NCBI GenBank assembly: GCA_030601675.1
Contig: JAUWBN010000004.1
Location: forward strand, 2,113-66,112
Reading direction: 5' to 3'
Length of the DNA stretch: 64,000 nt
Origin: Hadesarchaea archaeon
GTDB lineage: Archaea > Hadarchaeota > Hadarchaeia > Hadarchaeales > Hadarchaeaceae
A program made the position numbers and the translations under genes. Of the stretch, positions 52,718 to 62,371 are shown piece by piece; the first letter of the stretch is position 1, and every line of letters begins with the position of its first letter. The notes under the pieces were generated by a model, which saw only the letters and a program-made list of their open reading frames with translations, was not told where the DNA came from and did not search any database.

Positions 52718-53581
52718 ATGAACGAGAAAAAGGAAAACGATCGTCTAGACGCTTTTTTGGATAGTTATGATTATTCCTTTTGGCATCATAAAATCGTTTC
52801 AATAGACGAGATGAACAAAGACGCAAGTTTCATCAATAAAGTGTCGGCCAAAATGATAGGCGGCGATGTCGAAAAAATAAAAAGAAGTCTTGCGTTCGAG
52901 ATGTTCATGACAAGTCAACACCTCATCGAAACTCTATTCATGCTAATCGGAGCATTCACCTATAATCCTAAAGATCCGTGGGCTTGGATAAATGATAGGG
53001 AAAACTATGCTTTCAAAATATCAAATCCTATCAAAGATGGGAACTACCAAGAATTTTTAGATGTGCTTAATCTAAAAACTACCAGCGAGTATGTTCGTTA
53101 TTTGTTCTACAATATCCCAACTCTACCAGAATCTAAAGAAAAATTAGATAGTCAAATAGAGCCAACTAAAGAGTGTTTAAAGCGTTTAGCAATAGAACGT
53201 TCACTTAACGATGATTTGTATAATGCATACAAACATGGCTTTATTGCCCTTCGCGGTACTGCAAAAATCAGTTACCAGAAGCCTTCACGAAAGATAGATG
53301 TCCATTTCCCAGAGATCCCGATGGTTTTTGCCCTACCGAAAAAACGTGACAAAAAAATAATAGTGGAATTTGAAGGTGAACCTAAATTTTTTGATACCGG
53401 AATAGATTTTGCAAAATTAGATTATGAAAGGCAATATAAAATTTCAAAGCTTGCCTTATTTTTAATAAGAGACATCATAGAGTCTAGAAGAATTAAAATT
53501 CACAGGGTAGATAGTATCAAAATCGAACCATTACCCGTCGTAGAAGAAATAGTAAAGATTTTTGGATTTGGTGAGAAATAA
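52718..53581 (+). CDS. Hypothetical protein (orphan, island-borne)
   Basis: 287-aa ORF in AT-rich DNA, divergent from the type IIG gene. Predicted mostly helical N-terminal half. LYNAYKHGFIALRG is the only motif-like segment. No family recognised. Confidence 0.6.
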   Translation: MNEKKENDRLDAFLDSYDYSFWHHKIVSIDEMNKDASFINKVSAKMIGGDVEKIKRSLAFEMFMTSQHLIETLFMLIGAFTYNPKDPWAWINDRENYAFKISNPIKDGNYQEFLDVLNLKTTSEYVRYLFYNIPTLPESKEKLDSQIEPTKECLKRLAIERSLNDDLYNAYKHGFIALRGTAKISYQKPSRKIDVHFPEIPMVFALPKKRDKKIIVEFEGEPKFFDTGIDFAKLDYERQYKISKLALFLIRDIIESRRIKIHRVDSIKIEPLPVVEEIVKIFGFGEK

Positions 53582-53640
53582 GAATATCGAGCACTCGACG
53601 GACAAAAAACGCCCCACTATCAAGTTAGCTGAAGTACTAA

Positions 53641-53761
53641 TTAATTTTTGTGCGGAAAATCTATTTTTGGGTAAAGCTCCTCGATGACCATCCTGTATTT
53701 CTCAAGGAGTCCTTTTATTTGCTGTTTGGCATTTTCCTTGTTCATCACGATGTTGCCCCAT
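53641..53761 (-). pseudogene. Remnant of the N-terminus (and leader) of a type IIG RM homologue
   Basis: Reads ATGGGGCAACATCGTG-ATGAACAAGGAAAATGCCAAACAGCAAATAAAAGGACTCCTTGAGAAATAC…, giving MNKENAKQQIKGLLEKYRMVIEE…, then a stop after 34 codons. Compare the intact gene MGQTMVNKEDAKQKIKGLLEKYDKVVEE. Confidence 0.55.
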
Positions 53762-53773
53762 TTGTGAGATTTG
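53695..53773. repeat. Direct repeat copy B (matches 52539-52617)
   Basis: GTATTTCTCAAGGAGTCCTTTTATTTGCTGTTTGGCATTTTCCTTGTTCATCACGATGTTGCCCCATTTGTGAGATTTG. Confidence 0.7.
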
Positions 53774-53858
53774 TTTTTTTGGGTAAATTATTCTGCCGAA
53801 ACAACGCTCGGGCGAAACTCCGTGCTCAAACCTATTATAGAAGAAGCCAAAAAATGGG

Positions 53859-55970
53859 TTGGGGGTTTACCTGGGCAAGACCCTTATCGTGTGCGAGAAG
53901 CCGAGCGCGGCCGTCAAGATAGCCTCCGCCCTCGCGGCGAAGCGACCTAAAAAGGGGGACTTCAACGGCGTCCCCTACTACGAGTTCGAGCGCGACGGCG
54001 AGCGGATGGTCGTCGTCCCGGCCCTTGGGCACCTCTTCACCCTCAAGAACCTGAAGCCCATGCGCACGTACCCCGTCTACGATATCGACTGGATGCCCTC
54101 GCACGAGGTGGACCGTAAAGCGAAGCGCACCCAGGTTTTCGTCGAGGCAATCCGCGAGCTGGCGAGGGACGCGAGCGACTACATCAGCGCCTGCGATTAC
54201 GACCTCGAGGGGAGTTTGATCGGCTACAATGTGCTCAAGTACCTCTGCGGCGAGGAGGCGGTCAAACGCGCGAGACGGATGAAGTTCTCAACCCTCACCG
54301 CGCAGGACCTTCGGCAGGCCTACGAGGAGCTGATGCCCCGCCTCGATTTCGAGCTCATCGATGCCGGGATAGCTCGTCATGTGCTCGATTGGTACTATGG
54401 CATGAATATTTCGAAAGCGATGAGCGCGGCTGTCGAAGAGGCACAACAACGTTTCGCCAAGCTCTCCGCTGGTCGCGTGCAGACCCCGACGCTTAAAATC
54501 CTGGTCGAACGCGAACGCGAGATCAAGGCGTTCAAGCCCGAGCCCTTCTGGGTCCTGGGTTTGCTGCTTGAGCTGGAGGGAAAGGAGGTCATCGCTGAAC
54601 ATGCGACGCCCCGCTTTTTTGACAAAGCGGAGGCCGAACGCGCGCTAGCCGCCTGCAAGGACAAACCCGCAAAAGTCTCCACGATTCAAACCCGCCAGTA
54701 CCGCCGCCCACCACCGATCCCGTTCGACCTCGGACTCCTGCAAGCGGAGGCGTACCGCTGCTTCGGCTACACCCCGATGCGGACGCAGCAGCTCGCGCAG
54801 ATCCTCTACCAAGCCGCGCTCATAAGCTACCCTAGGACAAGCAGCCAGAAGCTCCCCCCGACGATCAACTACGCCAAGATCATCAGGCAACTGGGTGGAA
54901 TTTCAAAACAATACAAGAAGATCGCCGATGAGCTGCTCGCCGCGCCGGAGCTGAAACCCAACGAAGGCAAAAAAATTGATCCCGCGCACCCAGCATGCTT
55001 CCCGACGGGCGAGAGACCCGAGCGACTCGTGGGCCCCCAGAAGCGCCTGTACGACCTCATCGCCCGGCGCTTCTTCTCGGTCTTCGGAAAGCCGGCCCTC
55101 GCGGAGAGCATCCGGGTCGAGCTAGACGTCGGGGGGCAACCCTTCTTCCTGCGGGGGCGGCGGGTGCTCGAGGAGGGGTGGCTCGCCTACTACGGCCGCT
55201 ACGGGGCCACCGAGGAGATAATCCTGCCGCAGCTGGTCCAGGGGCAACGGCTCGCGGTGAAGGAAGTGAAGTTCGAGGATAAGAAGACTCAGCCCCCGCC
55301 CCGCTACAATCCCTCCTCGATCGTCAAGGAGATGGAGGCGAGAAATTTGGGGACCAAGGCCACGCGTGCCACCCTCCTGCAGAACATCTACATACGTGGG
55401 TACATCTTCGGCAACCAGATCGTCGTCACCGACCTGGGAATCGAGGTAATCGACGCCCTCCTCAAGCACTGCCCCGAGATCGTGAGCGAGGAGCTGACCG
55501 CGCAGTTCGAGCGCGAGATGGAGGCTATCCGAGAGGGAAAGCGCGACAAGGAGGAGGTCATCGAGAAGGCGAGGAGGGAGCTCGACCGGCTCCTGAAGAA
55601 GTTCAAAACGCACCAGCTCGAGATCGGGAAGCAGCTTGGCGAGGCCTACCGCATCACCCGCCAGAAACAGCGAATCATGGGCACCTGCGCGAAGTGCGGC
55701 GGGGATTTGAAAGTGGTCGTCTCGCGGGCCACCCACAAGCGCTTCGCGGGGTGCTCGAACTACCCGAAGTGCACGAACTCATTCCCCCTGCCCCAGTTCG
55801 GGATGATCATCTCGCTCGGTAAGACCTGCGAACAGTGCGGGGTCCCGATGATTCAGGTGAACCGCATCGGGATGAGGCCCTACCGGATGTGCTTGGACCC
55901 GAAGTGCCCGAGCAAAGCAAATTGGGGCAAGAAAAAACGGGCAAGATCAAAGCGCCCGGAAAGCGGTTAG
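53859..55970 (+). CDS. topA: DNA topoisomerase I (type IA, archaeal TopA)
   Basis: Toprim LIVCEKPSAA…ACDYDLEGSLIG. Active-site region LISYPRTSSQ (Tyr). C-terminal zinc ribbons CAKCGG…CSNYPKC and CEQCG…CPSK. TTG start. Confidence 0.9.
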   Translation: MGVYLGKTLIVCEKPSAAVKIASALAAKRPKKGDFNGVPYYEFERDGERMVVVPALGHLFTLKNLKPMRTYPVYDIDWMPSHEVDRKAKRTQVFVEAIRELARDASDYISACDYDLEGSLIGYNVLKYLCGEEAVKRARRMKFSTLTAQDLRQAYEELMPRLDFELIDAGIARHVLDWYYGMNISKAMSAAVEEAQQRFAKLSAGRVQTPTLKILVEREREIKAFKPEPFWVLGLLLELEGKEVIAEHATPRFFDKAEAERALAACKDKPAKVSTIQTRQYRRPPPIPFDLGLLQAEAYRCFGYTPMRTQQLAQILYQAALISYPRTSSQKLPPTINYAKIIRQLGGISKQYKKIADELLAAPELKPNEGKKIDPAHPACFPTGERPERLVGPQKRLYDLIARRFFSVFGKPALAESIRVELDVGGQPFFLRGRRVLEEGWLAYYGRYGATEEIILPQLVQGQRLAVKEVKFEDKKTQPPPRYNPSSIVKEMEARNLGTKATRATLLQNIYIRGYIFGNQIVVTDLGIEVIDALLKHCPEIVSEELTAQFEREMEAIREGKRDKEEVIEKARRELDRLLKKFKTHQLEIGKQLGEAYRITRQKQRIMGTCAKCGGDLKVVVSRATHKRFAGCSNYPKCTNSFPLPQFGMIISLGKTCEQCGVPMIQVNRIGMRPYRMCLDPKCPSKANWGKKKRARSKRPESG

Positions 55971-56935
55971 GATCCTGATTTCTCGACCAAGCCGAAGTGC
56001 GCGAGCATCGCCTCTAGCTGGATCCGCTCGTTCGCCCCCTCCCGGAGCCTGAAATCGAACTCGCCCACCCGGTCGATGAGCTCCATCTTCGCGCGCTCGG
56101 GCACGTCGAGGTTGAAAATTTCCCGATGGACTTGCTTCAGGATGTCCTCGCCCCCCAGCCCTTGGCTGATGAGCAGGTAGTAGAGCTTACCCCTCGCCTC
56201 CTCGAATTCTCCCGCGAGCGCAAGTTGGAGCATCTGCCGGACCTCCTTCGGGCGCGCCGCAGCACTCACCTCGTAGATCACCTTCTCGTCCACCTTCCGC
56301 TTCAGCACGGCTGCGGCCTGGAGCACGTTGATCGCCCGCCGCATGTCGCCCTCGCTGACGTAGATTATCGCCTTGATCGCGTCGGGGGTCAGGGTTAGCT
56401 TTTCGCCGCGGGCTATGCGCTTGAGCATTTGAGTAACCTCTTTCTCCGGGAGACGCTTGAAGCGAAAGATCGCGCAGCGCGACTGGATCGGCTCGATGAT
56501 GCGACTGGAATAGTTGCAGGCGAGGATGAACCGGCAGGTGTGGGTGTACATCTCCATCGTTCGGCGCAAAGCATGTTGAGCGTCGGAGGTCAAGGCATCG
56601 GACTCGTCCAAGTAAATGATTTTGTAGGGGAAGTCGCCTATCGGGCGCGTGCGGGCGTAATCTTTGACCTTCGTTCGAATTGTGTCGATGCCCCGTTCAT
56701 CCGACGCGTTGAGTTCTAAGAAATTCGGACGCCAGCCATCCCCGAAAAGCTCATGCGCTATACAGAGTGCCGCGCATGTCTTGCCGACTCCAGGGGGGCC
56801 TGTAAACAAAAGGTGGGGCAAAGATTTTTTCTCGATGAACATTTGAAGCCTGCTCACGATCTCCTGCTGCCCAACGATTTCATCGAACTTCTGGGGGCGA
56901 TACTTCTCGACCCAGATTTCCTCCGCCTCAACCAT
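55967..56935 (-). CDS. rfcS: Replication factor C small subunit
   Basis: WVEKYRPQKFDEIVGQ, GPPGVGKT, LDESDALT, SRC motif QSRCAIFRF. 322 aa, no intein. Confidence 0.93.
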   Translation of the reverse strand: MVEAEEIWVEKYRPQKFDEIVGQQEIVSRLQMFIEKKSLPHLLFTGPPGVGKTCAALCIAHELFGDGWRPNFLELNASDERGIDTIRTKVKDYARTRPIGDFPYKIIYLDESDALTSDAQHALRRTMEMYTHTCRFILACNYSSRIIEPIQSRCAIFRFKRLPEKEVTQMLKRIARGEKLTLTPDAIKAIIYVSEGDMRRAINVLQAAAVLKRKVDEKVIYEVSAAARPKEVRQMLQLALAGEFEEARGKLYYLLISQGLGGEDILKQVHREIFNLDVPERAKMELIDRVGEFDFRLREGANERIQLEAMLAHFGLVEKSGS

Positions 56936-57325
56936 CTACTTCCGCCTCAGCCTCTCCCGCATCAGTCGCTTCGAGGTCTTCCCGAACGACTCGAACAGGC
57001 TATCGAGCACACTGCCGACCACCTCCCGCTCGAATCGCCTGCGGGAAATTTTGACTTTATAAATGTACTTCAGGCCCCCCCGCCCCTTGCTCACGCTAGA
57101 GGTCAGCAGGCCGCGCTTGCGGAGCGAACCCATGATCACGTTGACCGTCGAGCGGTTGACCGAGTGCTTGCTCTTCAACCGGGTGTAAACGGTGCGGGCG
57201 GGGGCGCGTTTTTCCCGCCACATGATCTCCATGACCTCGGATTCAAGCGGGCTCAAGACGGTCCGCACCCCTTGATTACGTGGTTTGTACCCGGTCCAGC
57301 TGAACAAACTCACCACCAAAAACAA
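56936..57325 (-). CDS. BlaI/MecI/CopY-family winged-helix transcriptional regulator
   Basis: LSPLESEVMEIMWREKRAPARTVYTRL…STVNVIMGSLRKRGLLTS…LKYIYKV pattern. The real start is probably GTG about 57265. Stop abuts the rfcS ATG. Confidence 0.65.
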   Translation of the reverse strand: MFLVVSLFSWTGYKPRNQGVRTVLSPLESEVMEIMWREKRAPARTVYTRLKSKHSVNRSTVNVIMGSLRKRGLLTSSVSKGRGGLKYIYKVKISRRRFEREVVGSVLDSLFESFGKTSKRLMRERLRRK

Positions 57326-57405
57326 ACGTGGATTGACTTGCTTGGATAAAAATGTTAGCCCGCGATATTTTTAGGTGAAAGCTCGAATTAGGTTCGGGTT
57401 CACAG

Positions 57406-60400
57406 ATGATCCAACCCGCCGCAAGGGCATACGATGCGCGCAAATCCGAGCCGGAGATCCAGGCGTGGTGGCAAACGAGCGACACCTACGAGAAGGTGAA
57501 GCAACTCCGCTCGGGTGCCCGACCCTGGTACTTCCTCGACGGCCCACCCTACGCGAGCGGGGCCATCCACCTGGGGACCGCTTGGAACAAAATAATCAAG
57601 GATGCCCTCCTGCGCTACGCGAGCATGCGCGGCCTCAACGTGCTCCGGCAGCCTGGCTGGGACTGCCACGGGTTGCCCATCGAGGTCAAGGTCGAGGAGA
57701 AGCTCGGCATCAAGACCAAAAAAGAAATCGAGCAGCGAGTGGGGGTCGAAAAGTTCATCAAGCGGTGCAAGCAGTGGGCCCTCGACCACGTGGCGCTGAT
57801 GACCGAACAGTTCAAGCGCCTGGGCGTCTGGATGGACTGGGACAACCCCTACGTCACCTTCACCAATGACTTCATCGAATCGGCCTGGTGGACACTGAAG
57901 CGCGCCCACGAGCGGGGCCTCATGCGGAAGGACCTGCGGGTGATCCACTGGTGTCCCCGATGCGAGACCGCGCTGGCCGAGCACGAAGTCCGGGGGGAGT
58001 ACTACGATGTTAAAGACCCGTCGCTATTCGCCCGCTTCAAGCTCCGCGACCGACCGAACGAGTACCTGCTCGTATGGACCACGACCCCCTGGACCCTGCC
58101 CGCTGACATGGCGGTCTGCGTGCACCCCGAACACGCTTACGCGAGGGTCGCTGTGGGGAACGAAGTTTACATCCTCGCTGAGGCCCTGGTCGAGAAGGTC
58201 ATGAAGGAGCTCGGAATCGAAGAGTACCGGGTGCTCGACTCAAAGGAAGGAAGGGGACTCAGGGGCCTGCGTTACAAACACCCGCTGCTCGGGGAGGTGC
58301 CGAAGCAGAGCGGGTACGTGCAGCACCACCGAGTGATATGCGGCGAGCACGTGACGCTCGAGGAGGGCACGGGCTGCGTCCACACCGCCCCCGGACACGG
58401 AGAGGAGGACTTCGCGATCGGGGCGCGCCACGGCCTGCCGGTGTTCAGCCCGGTTGGCCCAGATGGAAAGTTCACCCAAGACGCTGGAAAGTACAGGGGA
58501 ATGTTCGTGAAGGACGCCGACCGAGTGATCCTCGATGACCTCCGCCGGAAGGGTGTCCTAATGAAGCACGGGGTCATCACCCACACCTACCCCCACTGCT
58601 GGCGCTGCCGGACCCCCCTCCTCTTCCGCGCGACCGACCAGTGGTTCCTGAGCGTTTCCGAACTCAAGCCGAAAATCCTCGAGAAGAATGCCGAGCGCGT
58701 GCGGTGGGTTCCGGACTGGGCGGCGACGCGCTATGTGAACGGAGTGGAATCGGTTGGGGACTGGTGCATCTCCCGCCAGCGCTACTGGGGCATCCCCCTG
58801 CCCATCTGGGTGTGCCAGCGATGTCGTGAAACAATTGTAATCGGCAGCTTGGAGGAGCTGAAGGGCGCGGCCAAAGAGTCCATCGGCGAGATCGACCTGC
58901 ACCGCCCCGACGTCGACCGGGTGACGCTGCGCTGCGGGCGATGCGGAGCCGAGGCCAAGCGGGTACCCGACGTGCTCGACGTGTGGTTCGACTCCGGGAT
59001 TGCCTCCTGGGCGAGCCTCGGCTACCCCAAGCGGAGCGAGCGCTTCGAGCAACTCTGGCCAAGCGAGTTTATAACCGAGGGTGAGGACCAGGTGACGAAG
59101 TGGTTCTACAGCCAGCAAGTGGTATCGGTCGTCGCCTTCGATGAGATGCCCTATAAAATCGTGTTGATGCATGGGTTCGCCCTCGACGAGCACGGGCGGA
59201 AGATGTCGAAGTCGCGGGGTAACGTGATTGACCCCCAAGAGGTCATCGATAAGTACGGGGCCGACGTGCTGCGCTTCTACATGCTGTCGGCGGGGCCCCC
59301 TTGGGAGGACCTCCGATTCGGCTGGAAGGGAGTGGACATCGTTGCGCGGATGCTGAACGTGCTCTGGAACGTCCACGTGTTCGCCACAACCTACATGGCG
59401 CTCGACGAATTCGACCCGAAAAAGATCGATCTGGAGCGGGTGCGTGAAAACTTCATGCCCGAGGACTCCTGGATGATCTCCCGCATAAACAGCGTGACGC
59501 GCGATGCTACAGAGGCTTTCCAAAAGTTCGACCTGCATCACGCCGCCCGAACCCTCGCGTCGTTCGTGCTCGAGGACCTCAGCCGATGGTACGTCCGCCT
59601 CGTGCGCGAGCGGGTCTGGATCGAGCGGGATGACCCGAGAAAGCTCGCGGCCTACGTCGTGCTCTACCAAGCCATCCACACCTTGGTCAGGCTGCTCGCG
59701 CCGATCATGCCCTACGTGGCCGAGGTGATGTACCGCGACATGGTCAAGGCCGCCGATGCTGGGGCGCCGGAGAGCGTGCACATGCTTCCCTGGCCATCGA
59801 TTGACGAGCGGGCGATCGATGCGAAGCTGGAACGGGGGATGAGCATCGTACGTGCATTCGTAGAGGGGGGCGCGGCAGTCAGACAGCAGGCGCAGCTGAA
59901 ATTGCGGTGGCCCGTGAGCAAGGTCCTGATTCGAACGTCATCATCAGAAGCAAAATCTGCTCTTCGGGGACTTCAGGGCGTGCTACAGGGTCAATTGAAC
60001 TGCAAGGAACTCGTCCTGCTTGGGCCGGGAGAGCAGAGCGCCGAGTTCCGCCTCGTTACCAAACCTAATACACAGCGCCTGCAGGAGAGGCTGGGAAGGC
60101 TCTCGCAGCCCGTCATCGATACACTTCAAAAAATGGATGTCTTCCGCCTGGGCGCGGAGGTGCAACGCTACGGATTTGCAGGGCTGCAGATCGAGGGACA
60201 AAAAGTCAGCATCTCGTCCGAGGAGCTGAGCTTCGAGGAGGAGCTACAGGAGGGTTTTGCCGCGGTCTCCACGGAGTTCGGCAGGATAGCGATCGACTCC
60301 AGGATGACGCCCGAGCTGCAAGCCGAGTGCCTGGCGCGGGAGCTCGTACGACGCCTGCAGACCATGCGCAAGGAGCTGGATCTCGCGATGGAGGAGCAGA

Positions 60401-60597
60401 TCGATGTGGTGGTGGGCACGGAGGTGGACGAGTACATCAAGCTCTTGGCAACCCAACAGGATTACCTCTCGCGGGAGGTGCGGGCGCGAAACCTCCGCAT
60501 CTGCCGCGCGAGCGAGGTCGAAGAGCCGGGCTACATGAAGGAGTGGAACGTGGATGGTGACCGCTTCAAGCTACTCGTGAAGCGCCTGCCTGCCTAG
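57406..60597 (+). CDS. ileS: Isoleucine--tRNA ligase
   Basis: 1063 aa. PPYASGAIHLGTAWN (HIGH-type), KMSKSRGN (KMSKS), an editing-domain insertion, and zinc-binding CPRC / CWRC motifs. Confidence 0.95.
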   Translation: MIQPAARAYDARKSEPEIQAWWQTSDTYEKVKQLRSGARPWYFLDGPPYASGAIHLGTAWNKIIKDALLRYASMRGLNVLRQPGWDCHGLPIEVKVEEKLGIKTKKEIEQRVGVEKFIKRCKQWALDHVALMTEQFKRLGVWMDWDNPYVTFTNDFIESAWWTLKRAHERGLMRKDLRVIHWCPRCETALAEHEVRGEYYDVKDPSLFARFKLRDRPNEYLLVWTTTPWTLPADMAVCVHPEHAYARVAVGNEVYILAEALVEKVMKELGIEEYRVLDSKEGRGLRGLRYKHPLLGEVPKQSGYVQHHRVICGEHVTLEEGTGCVHTAPGHGEEDFAIGARHGLPVFSPVGPDGKFTQDAGKYRGMFVKDADRVILDDLRRKGVLMKHGVITHTYPHCWRCRTPLLFRATDQWFLSVSELKPKILEKNAERVRWVPDWAATRYVNGVESVGDWCISRQRYWGIPLPIWVCQRCRETIVIGSLEELKGAAKESIGEIDLHRPDVDRVTLRCGRCGAEAKRVPDVLDVWFDSGIASWASLGYPKRSERFEQLWPSEFITEGEDQVTKWFYSQQVVSVVAFDEMPYKIVLMHGFALDEHGRKMSKSRGNVIDPQEVIDKYGADVLRFYMLSAGPPWEDLRFGWKGVDIVARMLNVLWNVHVFATTYMALDEFDPKKIDLERVRENFMPEDSWMISRINSVTRDATEAFQKFDLHHAARTLASFVLEDLSRWYVRLVRERVWIERDDPRKLAAYVVLYQAIHTLVRLLAPIMPYVAEVMYRDMVKAADAGAPESVHMLPWPSIDERAIDAKLERGMSIVRAFVEGGAAVRQQAQLKLRWPVSKVLIRTSSSEAKSALRGLQGVLQGQLNCKELVLLGPGEQSAEFRLVTKPNTQRLQERLGRLSQPVIDTLQKMDVFRLGAEVQRYGFAGLQIEGQKVSISSEELSFEEELQEGFAAVSTEFGRIAIDSRMTPELQAECLARELVRRLQTMRKELDLAMEEQIDVVVGTEVDEYIKLLATQQDYLSREVRARNLRICRASEVEEPGYMKEWNVDGDRFKLLVKRLPA

Positions 60598-60640
60598 CAG
60601 GGTTTTCTCTTTTTCTTCTTCCTGCATCCGGGCACTTTTT

Positions 60641-61027
60641 TCACCTTTTCGTCACGATTTCTTCCACATGTCTGAGGACCGCTCTCTCGTACTCCCCCAG
60701 CAAGCCGCGTCGGATGCGCTCGAGGCGCTTTATCTTGACGACGAACTTGCGGACGAGCATGGCCGTTATCATCACGGGTGCCGCGAGGGCTACCACGAGC
60801 AAGGAGGTCCAAATGGGCTGAGCCGCCCCGAAAAGTTCGGTGTTCATCAACAGGATCGCGGAGAAGAAAGCCGAAAGGCCGAAGACCCATGCCACGAACC
60901 CAAACTTCAGCATGCCCTTCGAATACGACCATTGAGCCTCGTTCAGGTGGCGAAGCTCGCGCTCGGCGATCCTGAGCTGCCGCTTTATATCCGCGGATTT
61001 TCTGGTCACCCTCCGCTTCGCGGGCAT
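60641..61027 (-). CDS. Small membrane protein (hypothetical)
   Basis: 128 aa. Charged N- and C-terminal helices flank two TM segments. No motif. Confidence 0.45.
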   Translation of the reverse strand: MPAKRRVTRKSADIKRQLRIAERELRHLNEAQWSYSKGMLKFGFVAWVFGLSAFFSAILLMNTELFGAAQPIWTSLLVVALAAPVMITAMLVRKFVVKIKRLERIRRGLLGEYERAVLRHVEEIVTKR

Positions 61028-61095
61028 GATATCCTCTTTTTACACTACCCCTAGCGAATTTATAACCACATTGCCAAACTTAAAGGGGACAGCGA

Positions 61096-62370
61096 ATGAG
61101 CAAGACTTCCGAGCTTTCCGGCTTTTACAAACTGAGTCCGGAGGAGAGGCTGAAGATCGTGCGGGAGTTCGCCGGGCTGAGCGAGGAGGAGGCCGAGCTC
61201 CTCCTCAAGACCGGCGCGCTCGAGCTCGAGCAGGCGAACCGCATGATTGAAAATGTGATTGGCACTACCGAGCTACCCCTTGGCATAGCGACCAACTTCC
61301 TCATCAACGACAGGGATTACCTCATCCCCATGGCGCTCGAGGAGCCCTCGGTCGTGGCTGCTGCTTCGAACGCCGCGAAGATGGCCCGCGAGCGTGGAGG
61401 TTTCCACACCGAGAGCACGCCGCCGATCATGATAGGGCAGATCCAGCTCGTCGACGTCAAAAACCCCCCCGAGGCGAGGGAGAAAATCCTCGAGGCCAAG
61501 GGGCAAATCTTGGCGAGGGCCAACGAGCAGGACCCGGTCCTCGTGAAGCTGGGGGGCGGCGCGAGGGACGTCGAGGTACGGGTGCTCACCACCAACCTCG
61601 GTCCGATGACGATCATTCACCTGCTCGTCGACGTGCGCGACGCGATGGGGGCAAATGTTATCAACACCATGTGCGAGGCGGTTGCGCCCATGATTGAGGA
61701 GCTGACGGGGGGAAGGGTTTTTCTCAGGATAGTCTCGAACCTCGCCACCTACAGGCTTGCCAAGGCAAAAGCTGTTTTCGCGAAGGAGGAGCTGGGAGGC
61801 GAGGAGGTGGTCGATGGGGTTCTCCAAGCCTACGCCTTCGCCGCCGCCGACCCCTACCGCTGCGCCACGCACAACAAGGGAGTGATGAACGGAGTCATCG
61901 CGGTCGCTTTAGCAACGGCAAACGATACCCGCGCGCTGGAGTCGGGGGCCCACGCTTACGCTGCCATGGGTGGCGCCTACAAGCCGCTTACCCACTGGGA
62001 GCGAACAGCCGATGGGGACCTCCTCGGCAGGGTCGAGCTGCCCGTGGCCGTTGGGACGATCGGGGGAGCTACGGCCGTGCACCCGGTGGCCAAAATCTGC
62101 AGGAAGATCTTGGGTGTGCAGACGGCGCGCGAGCTGGGGGAGGTCATGGCGGCGGTCGGACTGGCACAAAATCTAGCGGCGATGCGAGCGCTCGCGACGG
62201 AGGGTATTCAGCGAGGCCACATGAAGCTACACGCTCGAAACATAGCCGCGACGGCTGGAGCTAAGGGTGAACTCATAGACATCGTGGCTAGAAAGATGGT
62301 CATGGAAAAGAAGATAAGGTTAGATAGAGCAGTCGAGATCCTGAGAGAACTAAAAGGGCACCGAAAGTAA
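61096..62370 (+). CDS. hmgA: Hydroxymethylglutaryl-CoA reductase, class II (bacterial/degradative type)
   Basis: Collinear with Pseudomonas mevalonii-type HMGR: [52 protein letters not shown] and [16 protein letters not shown]. 424 aa. Confidence 0.92.
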   Translation: MSKTSELSGFYKLSPEERLKIVREFAGLSEEEAELLLKTGALELEQANRMIENVIGTTELPLGIATNFLINDRDYLIPMALEEPSVVAAASNAAKMARERGGFHTESTPPIMIGQIQLVDVKNPPEAREKILEAKGQILARANEQDPVLVKLGGGARDVEVRVLTTNLGPMTIIHLLVDVRDAMGANVINTMCEAVAPMIEELTGGRVFLRIVSNLATYRLAKAKAVFAKEELGGEEVVDGVLQAYAFAAADPYRCATHNKGVMNGVIAVALATANDTRALESGAHAYAAMGGAYKPLTHWERTADGDLLGRVELPVAVGTIGGATAVHPVAKICRKILGVQTARELGEVMAAVGLAQNLAAMRALATEGIQRGHMKLHARNIAATAGAKGELIDIVARKMVMEKKIRLDRAVEILRELKGHRK

Positions 62371-62371
62371 T

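Noticed and set aside
55122-55736. 204-aa minus-strand ORF inside topA, and the similar antisense ORF 22449-23003 inside the radical-SAM gene
   Set aside because: Both are antisense to genes with unambiguous motifs. Their translations are compositionally biased and motif-free.
58558-59781. 407-aa minus-strand ORF inside ileS
   Set aside because: It is antisense to IleRS, whose HIGH/KMSKS motifs fix the plus frame. The translation is low-complexity and His/Arg/Val/Pro-rich.
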